Part shown: positions 27,134 to 36,239 of the stretch, piece by piece
Layout: each line of letters starts with the position of its first letter
Numbering within the stretch: position 1 is the first letter of the stretch
From: Anaerolineales bacterium
Lineage (GTDB): Bacteria > Chloroflexota > Anaerolineae > Anaerolineales > UBA11858
DNA length: 36,637 nucleotides
Assembly: GCA_036445875.1 (NCBI GenBank)
Contig: JAZFRV010000227.1
Span: forward strand, 1-36,637
Reading direction: 5' to 3'
The notes under the pieces: model-generated
What the model saw: only the letters and a program-made list of their open reading frames with translations
Told to the model about the DNA's origin: nothing
The model's database searches: none
Program-made: the position numbers and the translations under genes

Positions 27134-28696
27134 CTATTCATCCAGCTCCAATCCTCTTTTGTAGCCGGCTTCAAATACTTCCAAATTTAAACTAACTGTT
27201 TTAGCAGGTACAGATTCTGCAATTGCTTCCTGCATAGCTTCTTTATCTACTATTCGTTCCACCGCGGTCCAAAAACCCAGCATAGCTGTATTTGCGGCCC
27301 TGTTGTTGCCAGCATCCTTGGCAATTTTTGTAGCAGAAATTCCAAAGGTTTTAATATCATCCCGGTGATCTTCCGGGAGGGTCACTAATTCATCATCTAT
27401 CAACAGGACTCCATCCTGCTTAAGATCTGCAATATATTTTTCGTATGCCCCCTGGGACATCATGATCATGCTGGTTGGCTGAGTCAGATGAGGATGGTGG
27501 ATAGGTTTACTGGAAATCACCACTTGTGATCCTGCCGCTCCCCCTCTTGCTTCCGGTCCATAACTTTGAGTAAAACACGCCTCCAGATTGTTATAAACAG
27601 AAGCTGCCATACCAATAATCTTGCCTGCGCTCATAATGCCCTGACCCCCAAAACCACCCAGCTGAATTTCAGTTCGGGACACTTTCTCTTTTTTTGGTGG
27701 TAATTTTTTCCGTTTATCAAGAGCGTCTTTTTCACCCTGCCAGTATTTTTCAGCCAGATCTTTTCGCTGATTAATAGCCTCTTTAAAATCTGGCCTAGAC
27801 TCCTGCAGGAATTCACCTTCTACGATTTCTATCATTTCTCCGGACTCATTTACTTTAACGTGAGCATCTTTGGGATGAATTCCGTGTTCTGTCCGTCCTA
27901 CTTTCTGGTAATGTTTCATAACCTCCAAACCGCGCCGTTGGAGGTTTTCCGGATCCAATCCCTTCCCTTCTGGATTCCAACGGGCATAAGCAGTTGAACA
28001 AGGAGCGATAATTTCCACAAAACTGAAGCCGGAATGGGTTAACGCTTTCCTCAATGTCCAATCCAATTGACGGGCATGGAGCGTTGTCCAGCGGGCGACA
28101 AAGGATGCCCCACTGGCTGCGGCCAGATAAGGCAAGTTAAAAGGGAATTCATAATTTCCATATTGAGCAGTGACCGCCCGGGCTTCATGGGGTGTTGTTG
28201 GACCCACCTGGCCACCAGTCATACCGTAATTAAAATTGTTCACACAAACTACCGTGATACTTAGATTTCTCCTGGCAGCATGGATCAAGTGATTTCCTCC
28301 AATACCTGCCATATCTCCATCTCCGGATATGACGATTACCTTCAACTCCGGATTGGCGATTTTCAGACCGGTAGCAAAAGGAATTGCCCTGCCGTGAGTT
28401 GTGTGGAAGGAATCCAACCTGACATAACCAGCAATCCTGCCTGTGCAACCAATACCGGATACAACAGCAACTTTATCCAGATCCCATCCCTGATTTTTCT
28501 CCAGCCATTGTAAGGAGCTGATAAAGGAAGTTAAAGCAGTTCCCAAACCACAGCCCTGGCACCAGATATGGGGAAGTCTTTCTCCACGCAGTAAATCATC
28601 CATCGGGTGCAATCCGGTTTCCCAATCACTGTCAGCCGGTGTATCATAATTCATAATCCGCAACCGTTCACTACGTTCCATTTCATCAGTTGTCAT
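27134..28696 (-). CDS. 2-oxoacid:ferredoxin oxidoreductase beta (TPP-binding) subunit fused to the gamma subunit
   Basis: 520 aa. Beta-subunit motifs WCQGCGLGT, SGIGCTGR, ISGDGDMAGIGGNH. A Lys-rich linker DKRKKLPPKKEKV follows. Then the gamma-subunit motifs IQLGGFGGQGIMSAGKI...GPEARGGAAGS. Confidence 0.8.
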   Translation of the reverse strand: MTTDEMERSERLRIMNYDTPADSDWETGLHPMDDLLRGERLPHIWCQGCGLGTALTSFISSLQWLEKNQGWDLDKVAVVSGIGCTGRIAGYVRLDSFHTTHGRAIPFATGLKIANPELKVIVISGDGDMAGIGGNHLIHAARRNLSITVVCVNNFNYGMTGGQVGPTTPHEARAVTAQYGNYEFPFNLPYLAAASGASFVARWTTLHARQLDWTLRKALTHSGFSFVEIIAPCSTAYARWNPEGKGLDPENLQRRGLEVMKHYQKVGRTEHGIHPKDAHVKVNESGEMIEIVEGEFLQESRPDFKEAINQRKDLAEKYWQGEKDALDKRKKLPPKKEKVSRTEIQLGGFGGQGIMSAGKIIGMAASVYNNLEACFTQSYGPEARGGAAGSQVVISSKPIHHPHLTQPTSMIMMSQGAYEKYIADLKQDGVLLIDDELVTLPEDHRDDIKTFGISATKIAKDAGNNRAANTAMLGFWTAVERIVDKEAMQEAIAESVPAKTVSLNLEVFEAGYKRGLELDE

Positions 28697-28740
28697 AAAA
28701 TTTTCTCCACATTTCCACCATAAAATCCCATCGATTGGAT

Positions 28741-29931
28741 TCAGGTCTTCTGGGGGACTGCTGCAGCTTTCCTGATCGCATTTAAGACATCCTCGGGATC
28801 CAGAATATCACCCCCGGGTTTATGAACTCCGAATACCTGTGCCTGCCCGGCAGCACTTCGTTCCACCTCGCGGACAATCTGCCCCATATTAATTTCCGGC
28901 ACTACAAATGCGCTGACCTTTTTGGCTAGTTTTGAGATGGTATCTTCCGGAAAAGGCCAAACAGTGATTAACCGGAGATAACCAACCTTAATGCCTTCTT
29001 TTCTAGCCTGCTCAATCGGCCAGAGAGAGGTTCTGGCTGAGATACCATAGGAAATTACAACTACCTCGGCATTCCTAAGTTTGTCGGTTTCTACTTCAAT
29101 TATTTCTTTCCTATTGGCATTGATTTTATCCATCAAGCGGGTGACATTCCACTGATTTGCTTCAGCGTTCATAGCGGGATAACCACGCTCGTCGTGTGTC
29201 AAACCAGTAACATGAATGCGGTAACCATCCCCGGCTTTCACCATGGGAGATATATGTTTTGGATCACTTGCAGGACTATCCCTGAATATTCTGAAATGGT
29301 CCGGCTCTAGATCTCCTTTATGAACTAGCGGTCGGTTGATGATTTCTATTTCTTCAACAGGCGGGATGACAACTTTTTCTGTCATGTGACCAACTTCTGC
29401 ATCAGTCATGACCAGAACGGGTGTCCTGTATTTCTCAGATAGATTAAAAGCCCGGATAGTCAGGTCAAAAAGTTCCTGAGGGGAGCTGGGGCAGAGAGCA
29501 ATAATTTCATAATCACCGTGAGAACCCCATCTAGCCTGCATCATATCCTGCTGCCCGACCAGTGTTGGTAAACCGGTAGATGGTCCTCCCCGTTGGACAT
29601 TCACTATCACACAGGGGGTTTCCAGCATTATTCCAAGACCAAGATTCTCCATCATCAATGAAAACCCAGGACCGCTGGTTGCTGTCATTGATTTTTCGCC
29701 TGCCCAGGAAGCGCCCAGGATAGCATTCATGGATGCCAACTCATCTTCCATCTGGATAAAATTTCCATTCACCTGAGGAAGCCGAACAGACATTCTTTCT
29801 GCAATTTCCGTTGCCGGCGTAATCGGGTATCCAGCAAAAAATCGACAGCCAGCCAGGATCGCTCCTTCCGCACAGGCATGATCTCCCAACATAAAATGTT
29901 CTCCGCTAAGTCTGCCTTTTTCTTTATTCAT
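28741..29931 (-). CDS. 2-oxoacid:ferredoxin oxidoreductase alpha subunit
   Basis: GDHACAEGAILAGCRFFAGYPITPATEI...TSGPGFSLM...QRGGPSTGLPT. I moved the start to Met20 of the track ORF (ATG at 29931). It has a GGAG RBS and an 8-nt overlap (ATGAATAA) with the delta subunit stop. Confidence 0.85.
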   Translation of the reverse strand: MNKEKGRLSGEHFMLGDHACAEGAILAGCRFFAGYPITPATEIAERMSVRLPQVNGNFIQMEDELASMNAILGASWAGEKSMTATSGPGFSLMMENLGLGIMLETPCVIVNVQRGGPSTGLPTLVGQQDMMQARWGSHGDYEIIALCPSSPQELFDLTIRAFNLSEKYRTPVLVMTDAEVGHMTEKVVIPPVEEIEIINRPLVHKGDLEPDHFRIFRDSPASDPKHISPMVKAGDGYRIHVTGLTHDERGYPAMNAEANQWNVTRLMDKINANRKEIIEVETDKLRNAEVVVISYGISARTSLWPIEQARKEGIKVGYLRLITVWPFPEDTISKLAKKVSAFVVPEINMGQIVREVERSAAGQAQVFGVHKPGGDILDPEDVLNAIRKAAAVPQKT

Positions 29932-30235
29932 CCATACTCCCCTGGCGGTGAATTGGTATGACTCTTTCAGGCGAATGTTTTCCACCATCTTCTATATATA
30001 TTGCAAAATCAGGACACAAGAGTGTACATAAACCACAATTAATACATTGAGTACCAGGAATAATTTCCGGAGGATGATACCCTTTGGCATTTGTACGTTT
30101 AGAAATCTCTAGAATTTCCTGGGGACAGAATTCAATGCAAAAACCGCACCCTTTACACCGGTCATCGACGATATGAACGATACCGTGTGTAATAAGAATG
30201 CGGTCCCTGTCAAGTGGTTGTCTCCAAAGAGTCAT
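29924..30235 (-). CDS. 2-oxoacid:ferredoxin oxidoreductase delta subunit (2x[4Fe-4S] ferredoxin)
   Basis: 103 aa. CKGCGFCIEFCP and CINCGLCTLLCP. GGAGG RBS directly upstream. Its position ahead of the alpha subunit is typical of four-subunit OFORs. Confidence 0.8.
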   Translation of the reverse strand: MTLWRQPLDRDRILITHGIVHIVDDRCKGCGFCIEFCPQEILEISKRTNAKGYHPPEIIPGTQCINCGLCTLLCPDFAIYIEDGGKHSPERVIPIHRQGSMDE

Positions 30236-30366
30236 AGCTCCTCCCTGGTAAGTTCAATAACCAACAACCAATAAAGTTTAATCAATCTATCAGATGCAAA
30301 TCTATTAATATGTTTTCGAATATTCTCAATAAAATGCGCTGCATTAACAACCAAATCTGATTTTGG

Positions 30367-31398
30367 TTAGAACATCAGATTATTTATCTCCTCCAGTGAT
30401 TTTGGATCCGGGCGTAATTTTTCATTCGGCAAACGATTCAGGGGTGTATCTGGTAAATCATACAGGTCAAAAAGGGATTTTTGTTTCGGATTGATATATA
30501 TTAATCCGGTAATTAACTCGTTTCTATCGTTGGCTTCTTCCAGCATCTGGAGAGCATTTGCTCTATCAGTTGGTTCATAATCATGGGCAAGTTTTTTAAG
30601 GATGATATGGGTACCATCGTAGAGCGGTACTTCCAATGCTTCGCCTTTTTCATACTGAACCTTAATTGCACGAACAGGCGGGACAAAAGATAACTCATGC
30701 AGTGCAACCTCATGAGATTTGCCCCAAGCATAGGAATGGAAAGAATCATCCTGGTTGTTAAAAGTCACACAAGGACTGATCACATCGATGACTGCAATTC
30801 CGCGATGATGAATTCCTGCTTTTATGAGTGCCTTCAATTGCTGGGGATCCCCGGAAAATGTTCGAGCCACAAATGATGCCCGCCCGGCGATGGCTTCCCA
30901 AACAATATCTACCGGCACATATCGGTTCTGGCCCTGTTTTTTGAGCGCTAACCCCTGTTCCGCAGTAGCTGAAAACTGGCCCTTCGTTAAACCATAAACC
31001 CCATTATTGGCTACGATATAGAGAAATGGCAAATTTCGGCGTGTTACATGTTTAAACTGACCCATCCCAATACTCGCAGTATCTCCATCACCACTCACTC
31101 CGATTCCAATCAGGGATGTATCTCCAAACAAGGCGCCGGTAGCAAGGGATGGCATACGCCCATGTAAACCATTAAATCCAAACGCACGATTCATAAAATA
31201 GGTCGGTGCTTTGCTTGAACAACCAATCCCGCTAACTTTAATCAATCTTTCCGGCGGGATATTCAATTCATAACAGGCAGAGATAATCTGACCAACAATA
31301 GCGTTATGGCCGCAACCCAAGCACAAGGTGGTTTGTTTTCCCTTGTAATCTTCTTTGGATAATCCAATTTCATTCAACTTGACCGTTTTCTCAGCCAT
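30367..31398 (-). CDS. korB: 2-oxoglutarate/2-oxoacid:ferredoxin oxidoreductase beta subunit (two-subunit KorAB type)
   Basis: TLCLGCGHNAI, SGIGCSSK, GVSGDGDTASIGMGQF. I moved the start to Met14 (ATG at 31398), with a TAATG overlap with korA and a GGAG RBS. Confidence 0.8.
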   Translation of the reverse strand: MAEKTVKLNEIGLSKEDYKGKQTTLCLGCGHNAIVGQIISACYELNIPPERLIKVSGIGCSSKAPTYFMNRAFGFNGLHGRMPSLATGALFGDTSLIGIGVSGDGDTASIGMGQFKHVTRRNLPFLYIVANNGVYGLTKGQFSATAEQGLALKKQGQNRYVPVDIVWEAIAGRASFVARTFSGDPQQLKALIKAGIHHRGIAVIDVISPCVTFNNQDDSFHSYAWGKSHEVALHELSFVPPVRAIKVQYEKGEALEVPLYDGTHIILKKLAHDYEPTDRANALQMLEEANDRNELITGLIYINPKQKSLFDLYDLPDTPLNRLPNEKLRPDPKSLEEINNLMF

Positions 31399-33215
31399 TA
31401 AGATTTCTCCTCTTCCATCACTGCTGCTTTGATCCAATCTGCACTCAGGGGCATACCATCAATATGCGATACGGATACCAGGTCAGGTGCGCTATCAGGC
31501 AGTTCTAAAGAAAGAATACTGTGCATTTGTCCATCCCGGTTATTTTCAACCACATAGATTCGCTTATACTCCCGGATGAAATCCAATACTTCTGCTGCAA
31601 CAGGTAGCGCGCGCACTCGCAAATAATCCAGTGTCAATCCCTCATCCTGTAATGAATCACAGGCTTCCCTCACCGCAGAATCTGTAGATCCAAAGGCAAT
31701 AACCCCAGACTTAGCACCGGAACGGGTAGTAATTTCCGGTTTTGGCAGGATCGCTCTGGATGATTCTATCTTTCTATTAATTCGATCCAGGTTTTCTTCC
31801 CATTCTTCAGGTTTTTCGCTGTAATTTGCAAAATCATCATGTCCTGTACCCCGGGCATAATAGGCACTCCTGGGATGCTGATTTCCCGGTACTGTTCGAT
31901 AAGGGATATTGTCTCCATCAAGATCAAGATACCTGCCCCACTTATCCTTTATCTTTTCCAGATCCTCTTCCCAGAGGATCTTGCCCCGGTCAATGGGCTC
32001 ATCCGGGTACTCAAATGGCGGTGTCATCCATTGATTTAGACCCAAATCTAAATCAGAAAGCACAAATATCGGCGTTTGCAGCTTTTCAGCCAGATCGAGG
32101 GCTTTCCAACCAAACTCAAAACACTCTTTAACTGTACCGGGAATAAGCACTACGTGTCTAGTATCTCCCTGGCCAAGGTAATACGTTTGGTTAACGTCAC
32201 CCTGTGCTGTCCGGGTTGGCAGCCCGGTACTAGGTCCCACCCGCTGAATTACCCAAATCACAACGGGTATTTCCACAAAATATGCCAGGCTTGCATATTC
32301 ACTCATCAAGCTCAATCCGGGACCGGAGGTAGCGGTCATTGCTCGTAATCCTGCCCAACCTGCCCCAACCACCATACCAATCGCAGCCAATTCATCCTCA
32401 GCCTGAATGATTGCATAAGTATCCTTACCAGTTTCGGGATCTTTTCTCAAGCCTGGAGCAAATTCCAGAATTGCCTCAGGTAAACTTGTTGCCGGAGTAA
32501 TTGGATACCAGGAAACGAAATGCATGCCCCCGTAGATAGTGCCCAATCCTCCAGCGGTATTGCCGTTTGCCAGATTAAACCCTTCAGTTAGATTCAGAGG
32601 TTGAACCTGAAAAGGTGAAACAATCTCCAGGTTGTTTTCAGCCCAATGGAAAGAATCATGGATCACAGACAAATTAAAATCGATAGGACCCTTTTTCCCT
32701 TTAAAGTGAAAATCAAGGGCGCTTTCGATAGTTTCCAGCTGGACCTTTAACAGGAAAGCCAATACTCCAACATACACCATATTAGCAACATAATCCCTCA
32801 GTTCACGGGGAGGTTTGGCTTCTTTTACGATGGATTTTACCGGCATGGGGCAGAGAATCAGGTCTTCCCGATGAATAGGTTCCTTAATATGATCTGCATA
32901 AAGAAAAATACCCCCTGAAACCAGGTCGGTCAGATCATCCCCAAAAGTCTTTGGATTCATTGCGACTGCAATTTCTGTCTTTTGACTGCGTCCCAAATAA
33001 CCGGCTTGGCTGACTCTTATTTTATACCAGGTAGGTAAACCTTGAATATTTGATGGAAAAATATTCTTTCCAGACACAGGTATCCCCATTTTAAAGATTG
33101 ATCTTATCAATGTTAAATTTGCTGTCTGACTGCCAGACCCATTTATGGTAGCGATATTGATTGAAAATTCATTCACTACCTTCTGTGTTTGCAATTTTAA
33201 CTGTGTTTTTGCCAT
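31398..33215 (-). CDS. korA: 2-oxoglutarate/2-oxoacid:ferredoxin oxidoreductase alpha subunit (gamma-alpha fused, KorA type)
   Basis: 605 aa. N-terminal gamma-like domain INIATINGSGSQTANLTL, then the alpha core WYPITPATSL...TSGPGLSLM...QRVGPSTGLPT. AGGAG RBS upstream. Confidence 0.8.
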   Translation of the reverse strand: MAKTQLKLQTQKVVNEFSINIATINGSGSQTANLTLIRSIFKMGIPVSGKNIFPSNIQGLPTWYKIRVSQAGYLGRSQKTEIAVAMNPKTFGDDLTDLVSGGIFLYADHIKEPIHREDLILCPMPVKSIVKEAKPPRELRDYVANMVYVGVLAFLLKVQLETIESALDFHFKGKKGPIDFNLSVIHDSFHWAENNLEIVSPFQVQPLNLTEGFNLANGNTAGGLGTIYGGMHFVSWYPITPATSLPEAILEFAPGLRKDPETGKDTYAIIQAEDELAAIGMVVGAGWAGLRAMTATSGPGLSLMSEYASLAYFVEIPVVIWVIQRVGPSTGLPTRTAQGDVNQTYYLGQGDTRHVVLIPGTVKECFEFGWKALDLAEKLQTPIFVLSDLDLGLNQWMTPPFEYPDEPIDRGKILWEEDLEKIKDKWGRYLDLDGDNIPYRTVPGNQHPRSAYYARGTGHDDFANYSEKPEEWEENLDRINRKIESSRAILPKPEITTRSGAKSGVIAFGSTDSAVREACDSLQDEGLTLDYLRVRALPVAAEVLDFIREYKRIYVVENNRDGQMHSILSLELPDSAPDLVSVSHIDGMPLSADWIKAAVMEEEKS

Positions 33216-33269
33216 TCACACTCCTGAAAAAACAACCCCAAACTTCTCTAGTAGATTAATTCTGAAATA

Positions 33270-33923
33270 TCAGACCAACATGCGATCCATCAAGTCAAAG
33301 TGCTCATGGAGGACTTTCAATCCCCGGGACTTATCCTTGATAATCGCGGCTTCGGCCAATTGTTCGTGGTAAGTCCAAACCTGTTCCAGGTATTCCAGGT
33401 CTGCGTAGACATTTAGTCCAACCGCTTCATAAGCATCCCAGTAGGCTTCCAGCAAACCTGACACAAAAATATTATTCAGACGGTTAAATAATGTGAGATG
33501 TAATTGGCGGTGTTCATCGTGGGGAATTCTAACAGGACTTCCCCTTAATTTTTCCCAGGCGTCCTGAACCAGCCGCCTCAGTTGCTGGTGATCTGATTTT
33601 TGCAAAAGGTCAACAGCCTGGGGAAAGTAAGCATATTCCAAATGCCTTCGAAGATCTACAAACTTTTCAAAATAACTGTTATCAAACTGGATCGCATAAC
33701 ATAAACTGGCATCTACAGCTGGTGCAAATGAATACGGAAGTGGTCGAATCCCCAACCGGGGTCGAACATCCACCAAACCCAAGGCTTTAGCAACTTCCAG
33801 CTGTTCCCTCAACCTGGAGATGCTTAATCCCAGTTCTATGCTGAGATCCTTCAGCGAAGGTAGCTTTTCATTTTCAGTTTCTGAATTTTGAAGGAGATAG
33901 AGAAAGAACTCTGAATGATCCAT
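33270..33923 (-). CDS. GntR-family transcriptional regulator, FadR subfamily (FCD C-terminal domain)
   Basis: HTH LPSLKDLSIELGLSISRLREQLEVAKALGLVDVRPRLGI followed by an all-helical C-terminal domain. I prefer the start at Met16 (33923, AGGGG RBS). The promoter -10 box abuts the track ATG at 33968. Confidence 0.75.
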   Translation of the reverse strand: MDHSEFFLYLLQNSETENEKLPSLKDLSIELGLSISRLREQLEVAKALGLVDVRPRLGIRPLPYSFAPAVDASLCYAIQFDNSYFEKFVDLRRHLEYAYFPQAVDLLQKSDHQQLRRLVQDAWEKLRGSPVRIPHDEHRQLHLTLFNRLNNIFVSGLLEAYWDAYEAVGLNVYADLEYLEQVWTYHEQLAEAAIIKDKSRGLKVLHEHFDLMDRMLV

Positions 33924-33968
33924 AGATTCGCCCCTAATATGATTAATCTGATCAATAAGATTAATCAT

Positions 33969-33997
33969 ATTATAACATTCTCGGATTTTAGCGTCAA
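33969..33997 (-). promoter_or_regulatory. Near-consensus sigma70-type promoter for the GntR regulator and probably the downstream OFOR/Hdr genes
   Basis: On the minus strand: TTGACG (33992-33997), 17-nt spacer, TATAAT (33969-33974). Confidence 0.6.
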
Positions 33998-34010
33998 GAA
34001 TAAATTAAGA

Positions 34011-34038
34011 GACCCGGTGCTTTTGCTAACACCGGGTC
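34011..34038 (-). terminator. Rho-independent terminator after the M20 amidohydrolase gene
   Basis: GACCCGGTG (34011-34019) pairs with CACCGGGTC (34030-34038). On the minus strand it is followed by TCTTAATTTATTCTT. Confidence 0.65.
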
Positions 34039-34113
34039 CCTATTAGTCAACAAAACGATCCGGAATCTACCAGGGAATAGGGATCATTGATCTGGGCAGT
34101 TATTCTGATTGAA

Positions 34114-35292
34114 TTAATCTTTTAATAGTTCATAAACCGCCGAAACCAATAGCGCCGTCCCCCGGGTTAAAACTTCCTCATCAAAGTTAAATTCTGGCTG
34201 ATGGTGCTTGGCATCCAGTCCCTTCTCAGGATTTGCCGAACCTATCAGGCAATAACATCCCGGAATATCCTGCATCATACAAGCCATATCTTCCGATGCC
34301 ATCGTTTGGTAACCAGGATCTATCACTCCGGCAGGAAATAAGTCACCCGCAACCCGCCGCAAGACTGCTGCAATCTCAGGATTATTGATAACGGCTGGGG
34401 AGATATCTTCAATTTTTACCTCAGCCTGGCATAAATATACAGCTGCCGTCGTTTCCACTACCTCGTGGAAACGATTGAGCAATAATTCTCTGGAATCCTC
34501 GGTGAAGGACCGGATTGTTCCGGTGAGGTTTACTTCTTCAGGGATCACATTGTGAGCCTCTCCCCCATGAATCGAGCTGACTGTGATTACACCGCTTTCC
34601 AGGGGTGGTATTTCCCGGGAGATTATAGATTGAAGTGTATTGATGATTCCAGCCGCTGCGACTATGGGATCCACTGCTTCATGAGGTTTTCCACCATGGC
34701 CGCCTTTCCCGGTGATGCGGACCATAAACGTTTCAGAGGCGGACATCATCGGCCCATCAGTTATACCAATCCAACCCAGGGGTTTTTCATTCCAGAGGTG
34801 CAAGGCAAGGGTGATATCAGGCACTGGGTCATTCAAAACCCCATCTGATATCATTGCAGAGGCGCCCCCTAATCCCTCTTCTGCCGGTTGAAAAACAAAC
34901 TTAATCGTTCCAGCTAGATTTTCACGGCTCTCATAAAGCAATCTGGAGGTCGACAATCCGATTGCCATATGACCGTCATGGCCGCAGGCATGCATTAATC
35001 CTTCATTTTGAGAAGTGTAATCGACGCCGGTATTTTCTACTACCGGCAAAGCATCCATATCAAAACGAAGTAAAATTACCCTTCCCGGTTTTCCACCGGT
35101 CAGGGTTCCTACAATACCAGTTCTGCCAATGCCAGTTTGAATCTGAAGATCTTCCAGAGTGGAGAGTTCTTTAATAATTCTTTCTGCAGTTCTATGTTCC
35201 TGAAATCCCAGTTCAGGGTGGCGGTGAAAATCCCGCCTCAAATCCCGCGAATATGGAAATATATCTTTGGCCTGGGAAAGAATAGCAGTCAT
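34114..35292 (-). CDS. M20D-family amidohydrolase (N-acyl-L-amino acid amidohydrolase / hippurate hydrolase-like)
   Basis: 392 aa. FHRHPELGFQEHRT, MHACGHDGH, FQPAEE and GKGGHG are metal-ligand and catalytic blocks of the M20D peptidase family. Confidence 0.8.
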   Translation of the reverse strand: MTAILSQAKDIFPYSRDLRRDFHRHPELGFQEHRTAERIIKELSTLEDLQIQTGIGRTGIVGTLTGGKPGRVILLRFDMDALPVVENTGVDYTSQNEGLMHACGHDGHMAIGLSTSRLLYESRENLAGTIKFVFQPAEEGLGGASAMISDGVLNDPVPDITLALHLWNEKPLGWIGITDGPMMSASETFMVRITGKGGHGGKPHEAVDPIVAAAGIINTLQSIISREIPPLESGVITVSSIHGGEAHNVIPEEVNLTGTIRSFTEDSRELLLNRFHEVVETTAAVYLCQAEVKIEDISPAVINNPEIAAVLRRVAGDLFPAGVIDPGYQTMASEDMACMMQDIPGCYCLIGSANPEKGLDAKHHQPEFNFDEEVLTRGTALLVSAVYELLKD

Positions 35293-36110
35293 TTGTGAAT
35301 CCGTTCTACCTCATCATGATCAAAATCCTGTATACCGGCCTCTCCCAGGTCAACTGAAACTTTTTGACTGAGTGGATTCAGCCGGATAACCTTTCCCTCT
35401 CCTCGCGGTGTTGATACCATTTTTCCCTGTTTCGGTAAGGTCTTTTTGGCTTCCATATACTGCTCATGTTCGTACATTAAGCAGCAGCGCAGCCGGCCGC
35501 ACATGCCAGTGATCTCTGTTGGCGCTAAGGAGATCCCCTGTTCCTTGGCCATTTTGATTGAAATCGGAATAAATTCCGTCATGAACTCGGTGCAGCAGCG
35601 AATTTCTCTCCCACAAGCCCCCATGCCACCAATAATCTTGGCCGCGTCCCTGGGTCCGATTCTTCTTAGATCCAAGTTGGTTTTGGGATATTTCTTCTTT
35701 AATTTTAAGAGCAGTCTTTTAAAATCGGGGTCGCCTTTCTCTTCATAACAATACAGGAAAACCAGATTATCGCCTTCCAGGCTGAATTCTGCGGATACAA
35801 ACTTAACATCTTCCAAATCTTCCCCGGATGCAATCTCCCGGCAAGTTAATAGAACGCCCTGTTCTTTTTTCTCCCAGGCTTGCCGCAAAACCAGGTCACG
35901 CGAAGAAGCCGCACGCAAGATCGGTTTCCAATGTCTCCCTTTTTTACCACCCGCAGCATCTAAAATGGATACTACTTGTCCCAATTGTTGACCCCGGCTG
36001 GTTTCAACAATCACATAATCCCCTTCCTGTGTATCAGGACAGGCTGACGAATCAAAATGATAAGTTTTTCCACCACCATGAAATCGGATACCAACTATAT
36101 GTGCCATCAT
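35289..36110 (-). CDS. ricT: PSP1-domain protein RicT/YaaT
   Basis: 273 aa. Matches the PSP1 C-terminal domain, with the conserved Cys cluster GACGREIRCC...GMCGRLRCCLMYEH. ATGA overlap with the downstream M20 gene. Confidence 0.8.
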   Translation of the reverse strand: MMAHIVGIRFHGGGKTYHFDSSACPDTQEGDYVIVETSRGQQLGQVVSILDAAGGKKGRHWKPILRAASSRDLVLRQAWEKKEQGVLLTCREIASGEDLEDVKFVSAEFSLEGDNLVFLYCYEEKGDPDFKRLLLKLKKKYPKTNLDLRRIGPRDAAKIIGGMGACGREIRCCTEFMTEFIPISIKMAKEQGISLAPTEITGMCGRLRCCLMYEHEQYMEAKKTLPKQGKMVSTPRGEGKVIRLNPLSQKVSVDLGEAGIQDFDHDEVERIHK

Positions 36111-36185
36111 GTGCCTATTTTACCTTATTAATCCCGGGAAACGATATCCGCAAAGGATACCGGTTCCTGGAGCTAATATACTATA

Positions 36186-36213
36186 AGAGCGGAGGTGAAA
36201 TATCCTCCGCTCT
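36186..36213 (-). terminator. Terminator candidate after apbC/mrp
   Basis: AGAGCGGAGG (36186-36195) pairs with CCTCCGCTCT (36204-36213), a 10-bp GC-rich stem. On the minus strand it is followed by TATAGTATATT. Confidence 0.55.
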
Positions 36214-36239
36214 CTTGGTACTATTCACTGCCGAGGGAT

